Assembly: GCA_021817605.1 (NCBI GenBank)
Contig: JAKAUN010000012.1
Coordinates: 7,507 to 71,506 of the forward strand
Direction of reading: 5' to 3'
Source: Thermoplasmata archaeon
GTDB taxonomy: Archaea > Thermoplasmatota > Thermoplasmata > Lutacidiplasmatales > UBA184
Length of the DNA: 64,000 nt
Part shown: positions 1 through 8,889 of the stretch, in pieces
How the letters are laid out: the number at the start of each line of letters is the position of its first letter
How positions within the stretch are numbered: the first letter of the stretch is position 1
Translations under genes and position numbers: made by a program
The notes under the pieces: generated by a model
Told to the model about the DNA's origin: nothing
The model's database searches: none
What the model saw: the letters and a program-made list of their open reading frames with translations, nothing else

Positions 1-1223
1 AGATCGGGACGGAGCTCGACCTCCTCCCCCGCGAGCAGACGGTCCTTCACCTTCACGACAAGCTGCCCGTCGGACGAGGTTACGGAGGGCGGGTCCTCCT
101 CGGAGTAGCGTAGGTAGACCGAGCCGCCTCGGAGGGCCTTCTCGTAGAGCGCCTCGTAACGGCCGTAGGTCCGGATATCCCGGAAGAGGTGGTACTGCCG
201 CACCGAGGGGTCGAGGCCGTTCACCACCGTAGCGATGTGGGAAGTGGCGCTGCAACAGTAGCGGGAGCAGTAGGTCCTCCCCGATCGGTCCGGGGACTCC
301 CGAGAACCCACGCAGTAGACATAGGCGATAGAGCGCACGGGCCTTCCCTGGTAGGCGAGAGGGCGTGCTCCGGTGGCGAGGAGTTCCTTGAACTCGGGCA
401 GCGTGACAACGCCCGGGAGACCGTAGCCGAACTCGCCGGCCTGGGGGGCGTAGGGTTCGAACCCGGTGGCGACGACGATCGACCCGACGGTGAGTTCGAC
501 GGTCTCCTTGGAACGGGTCCGCAGCTTGACCTGAAAGGCTCCGAGTCGGCCCGACTTCTCCAGGAGCTCGGCCCCCAGGTAGACGGCGATGTTCTCTCGG
601 GCCCGGACGGCCGAGATCAGCCCGTGGACGAGTTCGCGACCGACCTTGTCGTTCGGGAAGAGGTTCCCCCAGCGGGCCACGTGGCCGCCGAGCTCCTCCG
701 CCCGTTCCACCAGGTGGACCGAGATCCCCATCTCCGACAGCTCGAGGGCCGCGCGCAGGCCCGCGACCCCGCCTCCCACGACCACGACCGCGGGCAACGT
801 CTCGACCCGGATCTTCTCGAGCGGTTCGGAGAGCGCGGTCCGGGCGACGCCGGCTCGGGCCAGGTGGATCGCCTTCTGGGTCGCGCCACCACGGTCGTGC
901 GTGTGAGCCCAGGAATCCTGTTCCCGGATGTTGACCTGGGTGTACTGGTAGGGGTTGAGACCAGCGCGCTCCGCCATGGCCCGGAACGTGGCTGTGTGGA
1001 GCTTGGGGGAGCAGGAGCAGACGACCACCCCATCGAGCTTCTTCTCCCGGATCTCCCGGATGGCATCCTGCTGGGCAGCGTCCGAGCACGCGAACATCTG
1101 GACCTGGGCCGAGACGACGTCAGCGTCCTTTTCGATCGTCTCGCGGACCTTCTCCGTGTCCACGTAGTCGGAGATGTTGCCGCCGCACTGGCAGACGACC
1201 ACGCCGATCCGTCGGCCCGTCAT
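1..1223 (-). CDS. hdrA: HdrA-family FAD/Fe-S oxidoreductase, 3' end truncated by the window edge
   Basis: Translated by hand from ATG 1223: MTGRRIGVVVCQCGGNISDYVD...CSCSPKLH...VNIREQDSWAH...VVGGGVAGLRAALELSEMG...YVYCVGSR...YCSRYCC...DIRTYGRYEALY. Overlaps the upstream stop as ATGA. Absent from the ORF track because it has no stop in the window. Confidence 0.92.
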   Translation of the reverse strand, partial: MTGRRIGVVVCQCGGNISDYVDTEKVRETIEKDADVVSAQVQMFACSDAAQQDAIREIREKKLDGVVVCSCSPKLHTATFRAMAERAGLNPYQYTQVNIREQDSWAHTHDRGGATQKAIHLARAGVARTALSEPLEKIRVETLPAVVVVGGGVAGLRAALELSEMGISVHLVERAEELGGHVARWGNLFPNDKVGRELVHGLISAVRARENIAVYLGAELLEKSGRLGAFQVKLRTRSKETVELTVGSIVVATGFEPYAPQAGEFGYGLPGVVTLPEFKELLATGARPLAYQGRPVRSIAYVYCVGSRESPDRSGRTYCSRYCCSATSHIATVVNGLDPSVRQYHLFRDIRTYGRYEALYEKALRGGSVYLRYSEEDPPSVTSSDGQLVVKVKDRLLAGEEVELRPD

Positions 1224-3952
1224 GCCGTGGCACCCCCCCGCCGGAGGTAGGCGGCGATCTGCGCCGAGGCGGCCTCCGCGTGCACGATAGTGTCGGGGAT
1301 GTCCCGGACGGCCGTGGCCGCCCCGATCGCGAAGACGCCCTCGAGGCTCGTGGCACCGGGTTCAAGCTCCTCGTCCACCTCGTGGACGTAGCTCGCGGCA
1401 TCCCGCTCGAGGGTGCCGGAGGGAAAGAGGCCGAACGCTCCTTGGTTCGGGAGGAGGCCGGTCGAGAGGACCACGAGGTCGTGCCGCGCGACCTTGTGCC
1501 CTCCGCCACCCTCCACGTCCTCGAAGTGGACCAGAAGGTCGTGCCCGTCCGTCTCTTCGATCCGGGAGACGCGTCCTTTCTGGAAATAGACGCTCATCCC
1601 CTTGGTCTGCTGGTAGAACTCCTCGTAGCCCTTGCCGAAGGCCCGGATGTCGATGTAGTAGATGGTGACGTCCGCCAGCGGAAGCGAGCCCATGAGCAAC
1701 TGGGCCTGCTTCATCGAGTACATGCAGCAGACCCGAGAGCAGAGACGATTGCCGACCTGCTCGTCGCGCGAGCCCACGCAGAGGACGAAGGCAACGTTGC
1801 TCGGTGCCTTGCCGTCCGAAGGGCGTACGACGGCGTTGTACGGCCGCGTCGGGGCCAGGATGCGGTCCATCTGAGGACCGTTGATGACGTTCGCAAAGCG
1901 TCCGAATCCTAGCGCCGGTTTTGCCTTGGCATCAAAGGGAGAGAACCCGGTGGCGAGCGCGACCGATCGGACCGTCACGGCCTCGTGCCGGGCAGCCATG
2001 CCAAGGTCGATGGCGTCCGCCGGACAGGCCCTCACGCACTCCCGGCACTCGGAGCAGACGCCGCAATCCAGGCAGCGATTGGCGCTGTCGCGGGCCTGGT
2101 CCTCCGTGAAGGCTTCCTCGTAGGTCTGGAACGAACCGATCCGCTCCTCGGCCGGTCTCCGGCGCAGGGGCACGGGGGGCCGGGGCGAGGCGGACTCATG
2201 CGCTTCGGCGGCCACCTGGACCGGGTCCACCTTGGGAAGCCGGGAGTCGAAGCGGGTTCCCTCCGTCGACTCTCCTCGGAGGAACCGGTCGATGAAGAAC
2301 GCGGCGCGCTTCCCCTGCCCAATAGCGGTCACGATCATCGACGGACCCGTGACGGCGTCTCCGCCGGCGAAGACGCCGGGCGCGGAGGTCGCCAGGGTCT
2401 CCGGGTCGACCTTGATGGTCCCGTTGCGCTCCAGAGCGACCTCGCCAGCAAAGGCCGCGGTGTTCGGTGCCAGCCCGATCGCGGTGATCACCACATCCGC
2501 CGGGACCGTCTCCTGGACCGAGAGGTCGAAGGTAGGACGGAATCGGTGGGCCTCGTCAAAAACGGAAGTGCAGCGGACGAGCTCCACGCCGAAGACCCGT
2601 TGATCGTAGCCGAGCACCTGGCCGACCCCCCACGAGTTGGTGAGGACCACGCCCTCCTCCTCGGCCTCTCGGATCTCCCACGGATGGGCCGGCATCTCCA
2701 GGCGGGACTCGAGACAGAACATCTTGACCGAGCGGGCCCCCAGGCGGAGCGCGCTTCGTGCGGAGTCGATCGCCACGTTCCCGCCGCCGATGACCACCAC
2801 CGCCTTTCCGGCGAGATCGGGCGGATGGCCCTCGTTGATCCGGTGAAGGTACTCGACAGCGTCCTGGACGCCCGAGAGCTCCTCTCCGGGCACCTGCAGC
2901 TTGCGCCCGCCCCGGTCGCCCGTGGCGAGGAAGACCGCGTCGAACCCTTGGTCCCTGAGCGCGGCGATCGAGCTCACCTTCCGGCCGGTCTCGATGCGCA
3001 CGCCGAGAGCCGTGACGTTCGCGACGTCCCTCGCCAGGACCTCCTTCGGAAGACGGTAGGCAGGAATCCCCCACCGTAGGATGCCTCCGGGCTCGGGCTC
3101 CGCTTCGAAGATGGTGACGGCATAGCCGAGCTGGCCGAGACGGAAACCGGCGGCGAGCCCGCCCGGTCCGGAGCCCACTATCGCCACGCGCTTGCCGTTC
3201 TGCTCCCGAGGCGGGCCGTATTCCGGCACGGCATGGGTGCTGTAGTAGCGGTCCGCCATGAACCGCTTGATCCCGCGGATCGGGAGCGCGCCTTCGAGCT
3301 CCTTGCGCGAGCAGCTCTCCTCGCACGGAGCATAGCAGGCCCGGCTGAGGACACCCACCAGCGGCGCATCCTCGAGGTGTTGACGGAACGCTTCGTCGTA
3401 CTTGCCGGCGCGGACGAGCGAGATGTACCCGTGGGGTTTCACCCCGGCGGGACAGCTGAACGAGCACGGAGACGATCCGCGGCGCGTGATGACGGCCTTC
3501 TTCGGCACGGCCTGGGGAAACGCGATGTGGGCCGCCCGTCGGGCGGAGAGATCGTAGTTGAACTCGTCGGGGACGGCGACGGTGCAGGCGGCTTCGCAGA
3601 GGGCGCAGCCGGTGCACTTCGCAGGGTCGATGAACGTGGGCTTGCGCGTGAGCTCGATGTCGAAGCCGCCGTCCTTCCGGGGGACGATCCTGTCGACCTC
3701 GGAGCTGACGAGGGTCCGGACGTTCGGGTGGTTGTTCACGGCGGCCATCTTCGGGGTGGAGATGCAGCTCGCGCAATCGAGCGTCGGGAAGACCTTGCTC
3801 AGAAGGATCATGCGCCCGCCGACGCTCGGCTCCTTCTCGACGACGAGCACCTTGAATCCCATCTCGCCCAGGGTGAGGGCGGACTCCATCCCGCCGATGC
3901 CCGCGCCGACGACCAGAACGTCGTAGTCGGCCTTGGGGGCCGCGTCGGTCAT
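1220..3952 (-). CDS. HdrL-type protein: HdrA fused to a GltD/NfnB-like NAD(P)H-binding Fe-S flavoprotein module (910 aa)
   Basis: HdrA motifs GAGIGG, LSKVFPTLDCASCISTPKM, CTGCALCEAAC, CVGSRD, CSRVCCMYSMK and DIRAFGKGYEEFY. They enclose a GltD-like insert (CPAG...RACYAPCEESC, GSGPGG, GGGNVAIDSAR, FAGGD, RCLDCGVCSECRECVRACP). Start at ATG 3952 overlaps the mvhD stop. Confidence 0.92.
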   Translation of the reverse strand: MTDAAPKADYDVLVVGAGIGGMESALTLGEMGFKVLVVEKEPSVGGRMILLSKVFPTLDCASCISTPKMAAVNNHPNVRTLVSSEVDRIVPRKDGGFDIELTRKPTFIDPAKCTGCALCEAACTVAVPDEFNYDLSARRAAHIAFPQAVPKKAVITRRGSSPCSFSCPAGVKPHGYISLVRAGKYDEAFRQHLEDAPLVGVLSRACYAPCEESCSRKELEGALPIRGIKRFMADRYYSTHAVPEYGPPREQNGKRVAIVGSGPGGLAAGFRLGQLGYAVTIFEAEPEPGGILRWGIPAYRLPKEVLARDVANVTALGVRIETGRKVSSIAALRDQGFDAVFLATGDRGGRKLQVPGEELSGVQDAVEYLHRINEGHPPDLAGKAVVVIGGGNVAIDSARSALRLGARSVKMFCLESRLEMPAHPWEIREAEEEGVVLTNSWGVGQVLGYDQRVFGVELVRCTSVFDEAHRFRPTFDLSVQETVPADVVITAIGLAPNTAAFAGEVALERNGTIKVDPETLATSAPGVFAGGDAVTGPSMIVTAIGQGKRAAFFIDRFLRGESTEGTRFDSRLPKVDPVQVAAEAHESASPRPPVPLRRRPAEERIGSFQTYEEAFTEDQARDSANRCLDCGVCSECRECVRACPADAIDLGMAARHEAVTVRSVALATGFSPFDAKAKPALGFGRFANVINGPQMDRILAPTRPYNAVVRPSDGKAPSNVAFVLCVGSRDEQVGNRLCSRVCCMYSMKQAQLLMGSLPLADVTIYYIDIRAFGKGYEEFYQQTKGMSVYFQKGRVSRIEETDGHDLLVHFEDVEGGGGHKVARHDLVVLSTGLLPNQGAFGLFPSGTLERDAASYVHEVDEELEPGATSLEGVFAIGAATAVRDIPDTIVHAEAASAQIAAYLRRGGATA

Positions 3953-4350
3953 GCCGGTGCCGCTGGCGGGATAGCCAGCGCCTCCAAGGCTCGGCTGAAC
4001 TGCTTCATGTGGTTGACGAACGGCTCGGAACAGACCGAACAGATCGCGGCGGTCTTCACTCGGGCCGGATCGAGCCCATCCTCCTTGAGGAGAGCCTGGG
4101 CCCGCTCGATGACCTTCCCCGTCCGCGCCACGCAGTCGTTGAGATAGGAGCACTCCGGCCCGTCCGCCGCCACGAACACCCCGTCGAAGCCGGACTTGAC
4201 CGCATGCACGATCCAGGCCGGGTTGATCCCGCTCGAGCAGGGAACCGCAATCGTCTCCACGCCCACGGGGTAGTCCACGTGCGAGCTACCGGCGAGGTCG
4301 ATCCCCATGTCCGAGATCGCGTTGGTCGAGAAGACCAGGATGCGGGTCAT
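3949..4350 (-). CDS. mvhD: MvhD/FlpD-like iron-sulfur subunit with an atypical Cys pattern
   Basis: GIDLAG...YP...VPCSSGINP...GFDGVFVAADGPECSY..DC...GLDPARV...ICSVCSEPF. An alternative GTG start at 4377 overlaps the tusA stop. Confidence 0.85.
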   Translation of the reverse strand: MTRILVFSTNAISDMGIDLAGSSHVDYPVGVETIAVPCSSGINPAWIVHAVKSGFDGVFVAADGPECSYLNDCVARTGKVIERAQALLKEDGLDPARVKTAAICSVCSEPFVNHMKQFSRALEALAIPPAAPA

Positions 4351-4376
4351 CGCCGGGGACGGGGCGCTGGCGGACA

Positions 4377-4631
4377 CTACTTGCCTCGACGCACGTACAC
4401 GTGCCAGAGCCCCGGCTCGGCAAGCGTGCCCAGGTACTCGTGGCCGACCTTCTTCGCCCACAACGGGACGTCCTCGGTCGTCCCCTCGTCCGAGGAGATG
4501 ACGTCCATCACGCCGTGGAGCGGGACCGCGGGAATGCTCCGCTTGGCCTCCAGAAGAGGCCCCGGACAGGCAACCCCTCGGGCATCCACCACTCTGTCGA
4601 CCTTCAGGCTTCGCAGCTCCTCCGCGTTCAT
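4377..4631 (-). CDS. tusA: TusA/SirA-family sulfur carrier
   Basis: VDARGVACPGPLLEAKR motif, SSDEGTTEDVPLWAKKVGH, 84 aa. Confidence 0.93.
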   Translation of the reverse strand: MNAEELRSLKVDRVVDARGVACPGPLLEAKRSIPAVPLHGVMDVISSDEGTTEDVPLWAKKVGHEYLGTLAEPGLWHVYVRRGK

Positions 4632-4655
4632 TCTTTGTCCTCCTTCGAACTCCTT

Positions 4656-5084
4656 TCAGGCGTGGGCGCTCACCGCGACGGGCCCTTCCGGGACCGAGAC
4701 GCCCCGGGCGACCCGCGCCGAAGCGCGAAACTCGCCGGCGGGGTGTAAGTAGGTCGGCCGAAGGCATGCTTCCTCGAGAAGCGCGCGACGGACCAACCGA
4801 CACGCTTGCGAAAAGGCCGGGGTGCTGAGGCGATAGCGCACCTCGCGGCCCACCCGGGTGAAGCGCACGATGCCTCGATCGCGCATGACCCTCAGGTGCT
4901 GCGAGGTGTTCTGGAGGGTGAGCCCGAGACCCGTCGCAATGGTGCTGACGGTCGCCGGCCGGACCCCGAGGAGGTTCACGATCATGAGCCGTTTGGGATT
5001 GGCCAGGACCGCGATCACCCCCGCCTCGAGCTCGAAGGGCCGGAAGTCGGGGGTCCTCGCCCCCGCCAGGGAGCGCTTCGCCAT
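4656..5084 (-). CDS. ArsR/SmtB-family transcriptional regulator
   Basis: LANPKRLMIVNLL...NTSQHLRVMRDRGIV...GREVRYRL, with two Cys in the C-terminal region. Confidence 0.88.
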   Translation of the reverse strand: MAKRSLAGARTPDFRPFELEAGVIAVLANPKRLMIVNLLGVRPATVSTIATGLGLTLQNTSQHLRVMRDRGIVRFTRVGREVRYRLSTPAFSQACRLVRRALLEEACLRPTYLHPAGEFRASARVARGVSVPEGPVAVSAHA

Positions 5085-5099
5085 CGCCTCGGCTCCAGC

Positions 5100-5666
5100 T
5101 CAGATGAACAGACTGATCCGGCTGCGATCGGCAGCGTCGACGAACGACGCGACATTGCCGAAGTGGATCCCGTCGATGAGCTCCTCCTTGCGGATCCCCA
5201 TGAGGTCCATCGACATGGTGCAAGCGATGAAGCGCACCCCCTGCTCCTGCGCGGATCGGAGGAGCTCCTGGAGGCTGGAGACGTGCTTCTTCGACATCTC
5301 TCGCTTCATGATCCGGGTCCCCAGGCCCGCCATCTTGAGCGTCGAGAGCTGGAGGTGCGCGGCGCCACGGGGCATCATCCGAGAGAACATTCCCTCGATC
5401 ATCGTCTTCTTCCCCTCGGCGTTGGCCGGGTGCTCTCGACGAAGGACGTTGAGCCCCCAGAACGTGAAGAACACGCTCACGGGCAGGTCCATCGCGGCCG
5501 CACCGTTGACGATGATCATCGCCGCGAGGACCTTGTCGAGGTCGCCGGAGAAGACCACCATCGAGAGACCGCTGGGCTGCGGCTCCGCCTCCTCCGTCCG
5601 AGAGGCCGCCCTTCCCACTCCGTGGTCGAATCCCAGCTCGTGCACCTCCGTTGCTCCTCCTGACAT
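5100..5666 (-). CDS. DsrE/DsrF/DrsH-like (DsrE2-type) sulfur relay protein
   Basis: SMVVFSGDLDK...AAAMD..VSVFFTFWGLNVLR...IACTMSMDLMGI.KEELIDG...SLFI, conserved Cys present. Confidence 0.92.
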   Translation of the reverse strand: MSGGATEVHELGFDHGVGRAASRTEEAEPQPSGLSMVVFSGDLDKVLAAMIIVNGAAAMDLPVSVFFTFWGLNVLRREHPANAEGKKTMIEGMFSRMMPRGAAHLQLSTLKMAGLGTRIMKREMSKKHVSSLQELLRSAQEQGVRFIACTMSMDLMGIRKEELIDGIHFGNVASFVDAADRSRISLFI

Positions 5667-6313
5667 TGTCCTCACTCCGGTGGTTCTCGTGCCCCGCAGT
5701 TTCACACTTGCAGGACATTGCTATCATCGGAAACGCAAGCTATGAACGGTCGCTCAAGCGGGGTTCACCAAGCCGTAGGTAGGTGAGGTCGCACCCTACG
5801 GATCCCCGATTACCCCGTGGGAGGTTCCATTTAGAACCGTGCGAAGCTCTCGCAACGGAGGGAGGATTCGACAAGCCTCCCTCGCCCTTGAGAGGCCAAA
5901 GAATAGGCCGCGAGGAGCCCACTCCCCGTGAGAGTTCGACGCGTCGTGGTGAATCACGCGCCTACTACCAGCTATTCGCAGCCTCCCCCGCGCCAGCCTC
6001 TGGTCTTCCTGATTCGGACCCCTTCGCGCTGCCGCTCCAAAGGGGTCCCGGCACGGCCAACCATGTGAACCGCCGACGGGATCGAGTTCGTGGCCTAGCT
6101 TCGTCCGCGTCTGGGGGAACCGTCTCGGTCGGGTCGTAGGAGGGGCCCTGCGATCCGCAGCGCGCCAGCGATCCCCACGTCGCTGGGGAGGGGAACCAGT
6201 ACGCCGTTGAGGTCGCGGGCCCGGACAGGCCTAAGACGAGCTGATCGTGTTCGGGTTCTACCTGGGGTCATTGCCATTCGGCGGTCTCCCACGGCCACAG
6301 CGCAGGTCCAACG

Positions 6314-7369
6314 ATGAGCAGCCGAACCCAACACCTTCTGGACACGTCCCCTCTCGCGGGACTCCGGTACGCCTGCCGGCCCGACTGCGGGCTCTGCTGC
6401 TACGCCGAGCCGCTAGTGGCTCCCTCGGAGAAGCAAAGTCTCCTGCGCATCGTTCCTGAGGCCAAGTTCATCACCCGCGGAAGATTCGAGTTCCTTCGTT
6501 CCAGCCCTGAGGGGGGTGCGTGCCAACTCCTTGACGGACACCGTTGTACGGCCCATGGCGTCCGTCCGGCCCCTTGTCGAGAGTACCCGCTGTCCGGGTA
6601 CGTCGGGACTCGACTCCAAGCGGTCGCCGCCCTCACTTGTCCGGGCATCGATCTAGCCTTCCTCGACGGCTACGGCGGCCCCGAGACCGCCTCCCCCCCG
6701 CAGGGCTTGGACGCGGCACTTGCCGGGCTGCGTGCCAGAATCTCGGGGAGCGTGGACCGTCGCCTGGAGGAGAGCCGACGACGCCGACGCCAGATCTCTC
6801 GTGCCGTGGCAAGGGACGGACGGTGGGTAGAAGAGGCCGAAGTCCGCCGTCAGCTGCAGGAGGAGCTCCCCGTTCCCCGCAACGACGATTTTCCACCCGG
6901 GGCCCCTCCTTCCCAAGAGGAAGGGTTGGAACTGCTCCCGCTCGTCTTCGACGCCAGGGAAGGCCCGTTGGCGTTGGCGGCCCGCCCTGAGGGCTGGGAG
7001 CTCCTCGAACTGCGTCCCAGGGGAGGTGTCGAGAAATCGCTCGGCGTGGCGTTACCGCCCGAGCGGCTCCCCGTTCTCTCCGAGGCAGCTTGGCGCATCC
7101 TCGCAGGTTACCTACGCTACTGGCTCGAACGTGACCAACTGTTCGGCATCGTTCACCTCGAGATGGCCGAGAACCGCCGTGGCGACGTGACCGACTGCGT
7201 CGCCGCCGAGTTGCGACAAATCGCCGCGATCGCCGTTTCCCGTGCCTACGTCCTGGCGAGCCTCTGCCGAGGAAGCGTCGGACCGCTTTCCGGCACCGAC
7301 CTCCATCAAGGGATCCGGGCGACGGACCAGGACCTGCTTGATCGCCAGGCCTGGGGCACTCGTCTATAG
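6314..7369 (+). CDS. YkgJ-family cysteine-cluster (Zn/Fe-chelating) protein
   Basis: CRPDCGLCC...GACQLLDGHRCTAHGVRPAPCREYP. Confidence 0.8.
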   Translation: MSSRTQHLLDTSPLAGLRYACRPDCGLCCYAEPLVAPSEKQSLLRIVPEAKFITRGRFEFLRSSPEGGACQLLDGHRCTAHGVRPAPCREYPLSGYVGTRLQAVAALTCPGIDLAFLDGYGGPETASPPQGLDAALAGLRARISGSVDRRLEESRRRRRQISRAVARDGRWVEEAEVRRQLQEELPVPRNDDFPPGAPPSQEEGLELLPLVFDAREGPLALAARPEGWELLELRPRGGVEKSLGVALPPERLPVLSEAAWRILAGYLRYWLERDQLFGIVHLEMAENRRGDVTDCVAAELRQIAAIAVSRAYVLASLCRGSVGPLSGTDLHQGIRATDQDLLDRQAWGTRL

Positions 7370-7632
7370 CCGGCCCCCGCGCGCCGCTTGACCGAGATCA
7401 CAGGCGGTGTTTTCCGGCCCTTGGGCATGATCTCGGGAACATGCCGGCGGACGCCCCTTAACGCGCCGTCTCCTACGCAAGAGGAACAGCTACGAGCGGT
7501 CTTCCACCTACCGAGCGGAGGAACGGCGCAACGGGTGCGTTAGTCCCGTCGGGGTGGCCCAAGTCCTGCTCTCGAGCTCGCGTCGTTCGGCCTAACTTCG
7601 TCCCGGCCTCAAAGAGCGACTCCCGTGCCGGT

Positions 7633-8247
7633 TCAGTCTGGCTTCCGCGCGATGACCACATCCATCGCCTTTCGATGGGGAACGCCGCCCGAGTTGGAAA
7701 CGAACTCCACCTGCTTCGAGTCCAGGATCTCCCAATCCCCGTAGTAGCCCAGCAGCTCTCCCGACCGGAACGGAGACGCAAAGGGATTCATCGAGTAGGG
7801 AGGGATGTAGGGCTTGGGTACGTCCGCGTTCATGGCGTTGATTCCTCCCGGCGCGGTGTTCGCTTTGAAGTGCTCGAATCGGGTCGCCCGAATTCGACGA
7901 GGGAGGTTATTCAGGGCACCCGAGGAGAACACCACGTCCACCCGGTGACTCAGTCGGTAGGTCCGAATGTCTCCGACGTGAAATCGAACATCGACGCCGA
8001 GTCGGGCCGCCCTGCGATCCGCTTTTCGGACTCCCACACTCGAGATGTCGACGCCCACGACCCGGTAGCCTAGCCGGGCAAAGTGGATCGAATCCCGGCC
8101 CTCGCCCGAACCCAAGTCGACCAACGTACGGGGCGAGCGCGGAAGTGAGCGTGCTATGCGAACGAAATCTCGTGCCAGTTGGGTGGGCTTGCTTCCCCAG
8201 TAGAGACCGGGCCGAGAGTAGCGTTCGTCATACACCGGCTCACTCAA
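7633..8247 (-). CDS. Class I SAM-dependent methyltransferase (TehB-like)
   Basis: LVDLGSGEGRDSIHFARLGYRVVGVDIS motif I. Probable TTG start at 8247 preceded by GGAGGAG. Confidence 0.85.
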   Translation of the reverse strand: MSEPVYDERYSRPGLYWGSKPTQLARDFVRIARSLPRSPRTLVDLGSGEGRDSIHFARLGYRVVGVDISSVGVRKADRRAARLGVDVRFHVGDIRTYRLSHRVDVVFSSGALNNLPRRIRATRFEHFKANTAPGGINAMNADVPKPYIPPYSMNPFASPFRSGELLGYYGDWEILDSKQVEFVSNSGGVPHRKAMDVVIARKPD

Positions 8248-8889
8248 CGCTAGCGCTCCTCCCTGCCCGCAGCGTAACCGTTTCGACCGGAGGAGAGCGG
8301 CCGCCGCTACATAAGAAACGACCGAGGCGGATCCCGTCCCTCTTCGCCGTCGGTCACCCCTACGATCAGCCGAGCGAGGCACAGATCACACGACGTTTCG
8401 GAAGGATCGACTCTGACGGTGTCAACCTCGTTCCTCCGTCGAAGGTAGACCAGAACAGGGAATTTTCACATAGGAGCCCGGGGGAGCCACACCTCAACCC
8501 TGCTTCGAGGAGCAGCGCTCCCTTCTCCGACCCGTGAACTGGCTCCACCCCCGCACGCGGTCGGGCTACTTCTCTGGATGAACCTCGAGCGACGTCTCCC
8601 GTTACTGATGGTCTTCAACGCAGCGGTTGGCCACCAGCTTTCAAGCCTTCTCCGTCTTCTGACCGGTGTCGCCGGTTCCTCGGAGCGAGGCAGCCTCATG
8701 GGACGGTCTCGCAGCCCCCCACGGTGCAGGCCAAATCCCGCCTTTCGGGGCTGTGAGGCCGGTCTGATCCATCACGTCATGTGAGGCGCTCGCGAGCTCC
8801 TCGCCACGCCGCGGGGCGGCCAGAAAGGCTCATGCGCCGGGGGCCCTCCGACGGCAATCATGAGCCCCGGGGGGCCCCAAGCCTTGGGC

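Noticed and set aside
450-470. GGTTCGAACCC, a tRNA T-arm-like word
   Set aside because: It lies within the hdrA coding sequence (VATGFEPY), with no supporting stems.
3949-5727. 592-aa ORF as a large MvhD fusion
   Set aside because: The upstream part is an off-frame overlay of dsrE, arsR and tusA. Only the last 133-142 codons are MvhD-like.
8250-8860. Possible gene or pseudogene between the methyltransferase and the hypothetical gene
   Set aside because: Only short, stop-interrupted frames with no recognisable family. The same applies to 40320-40820.
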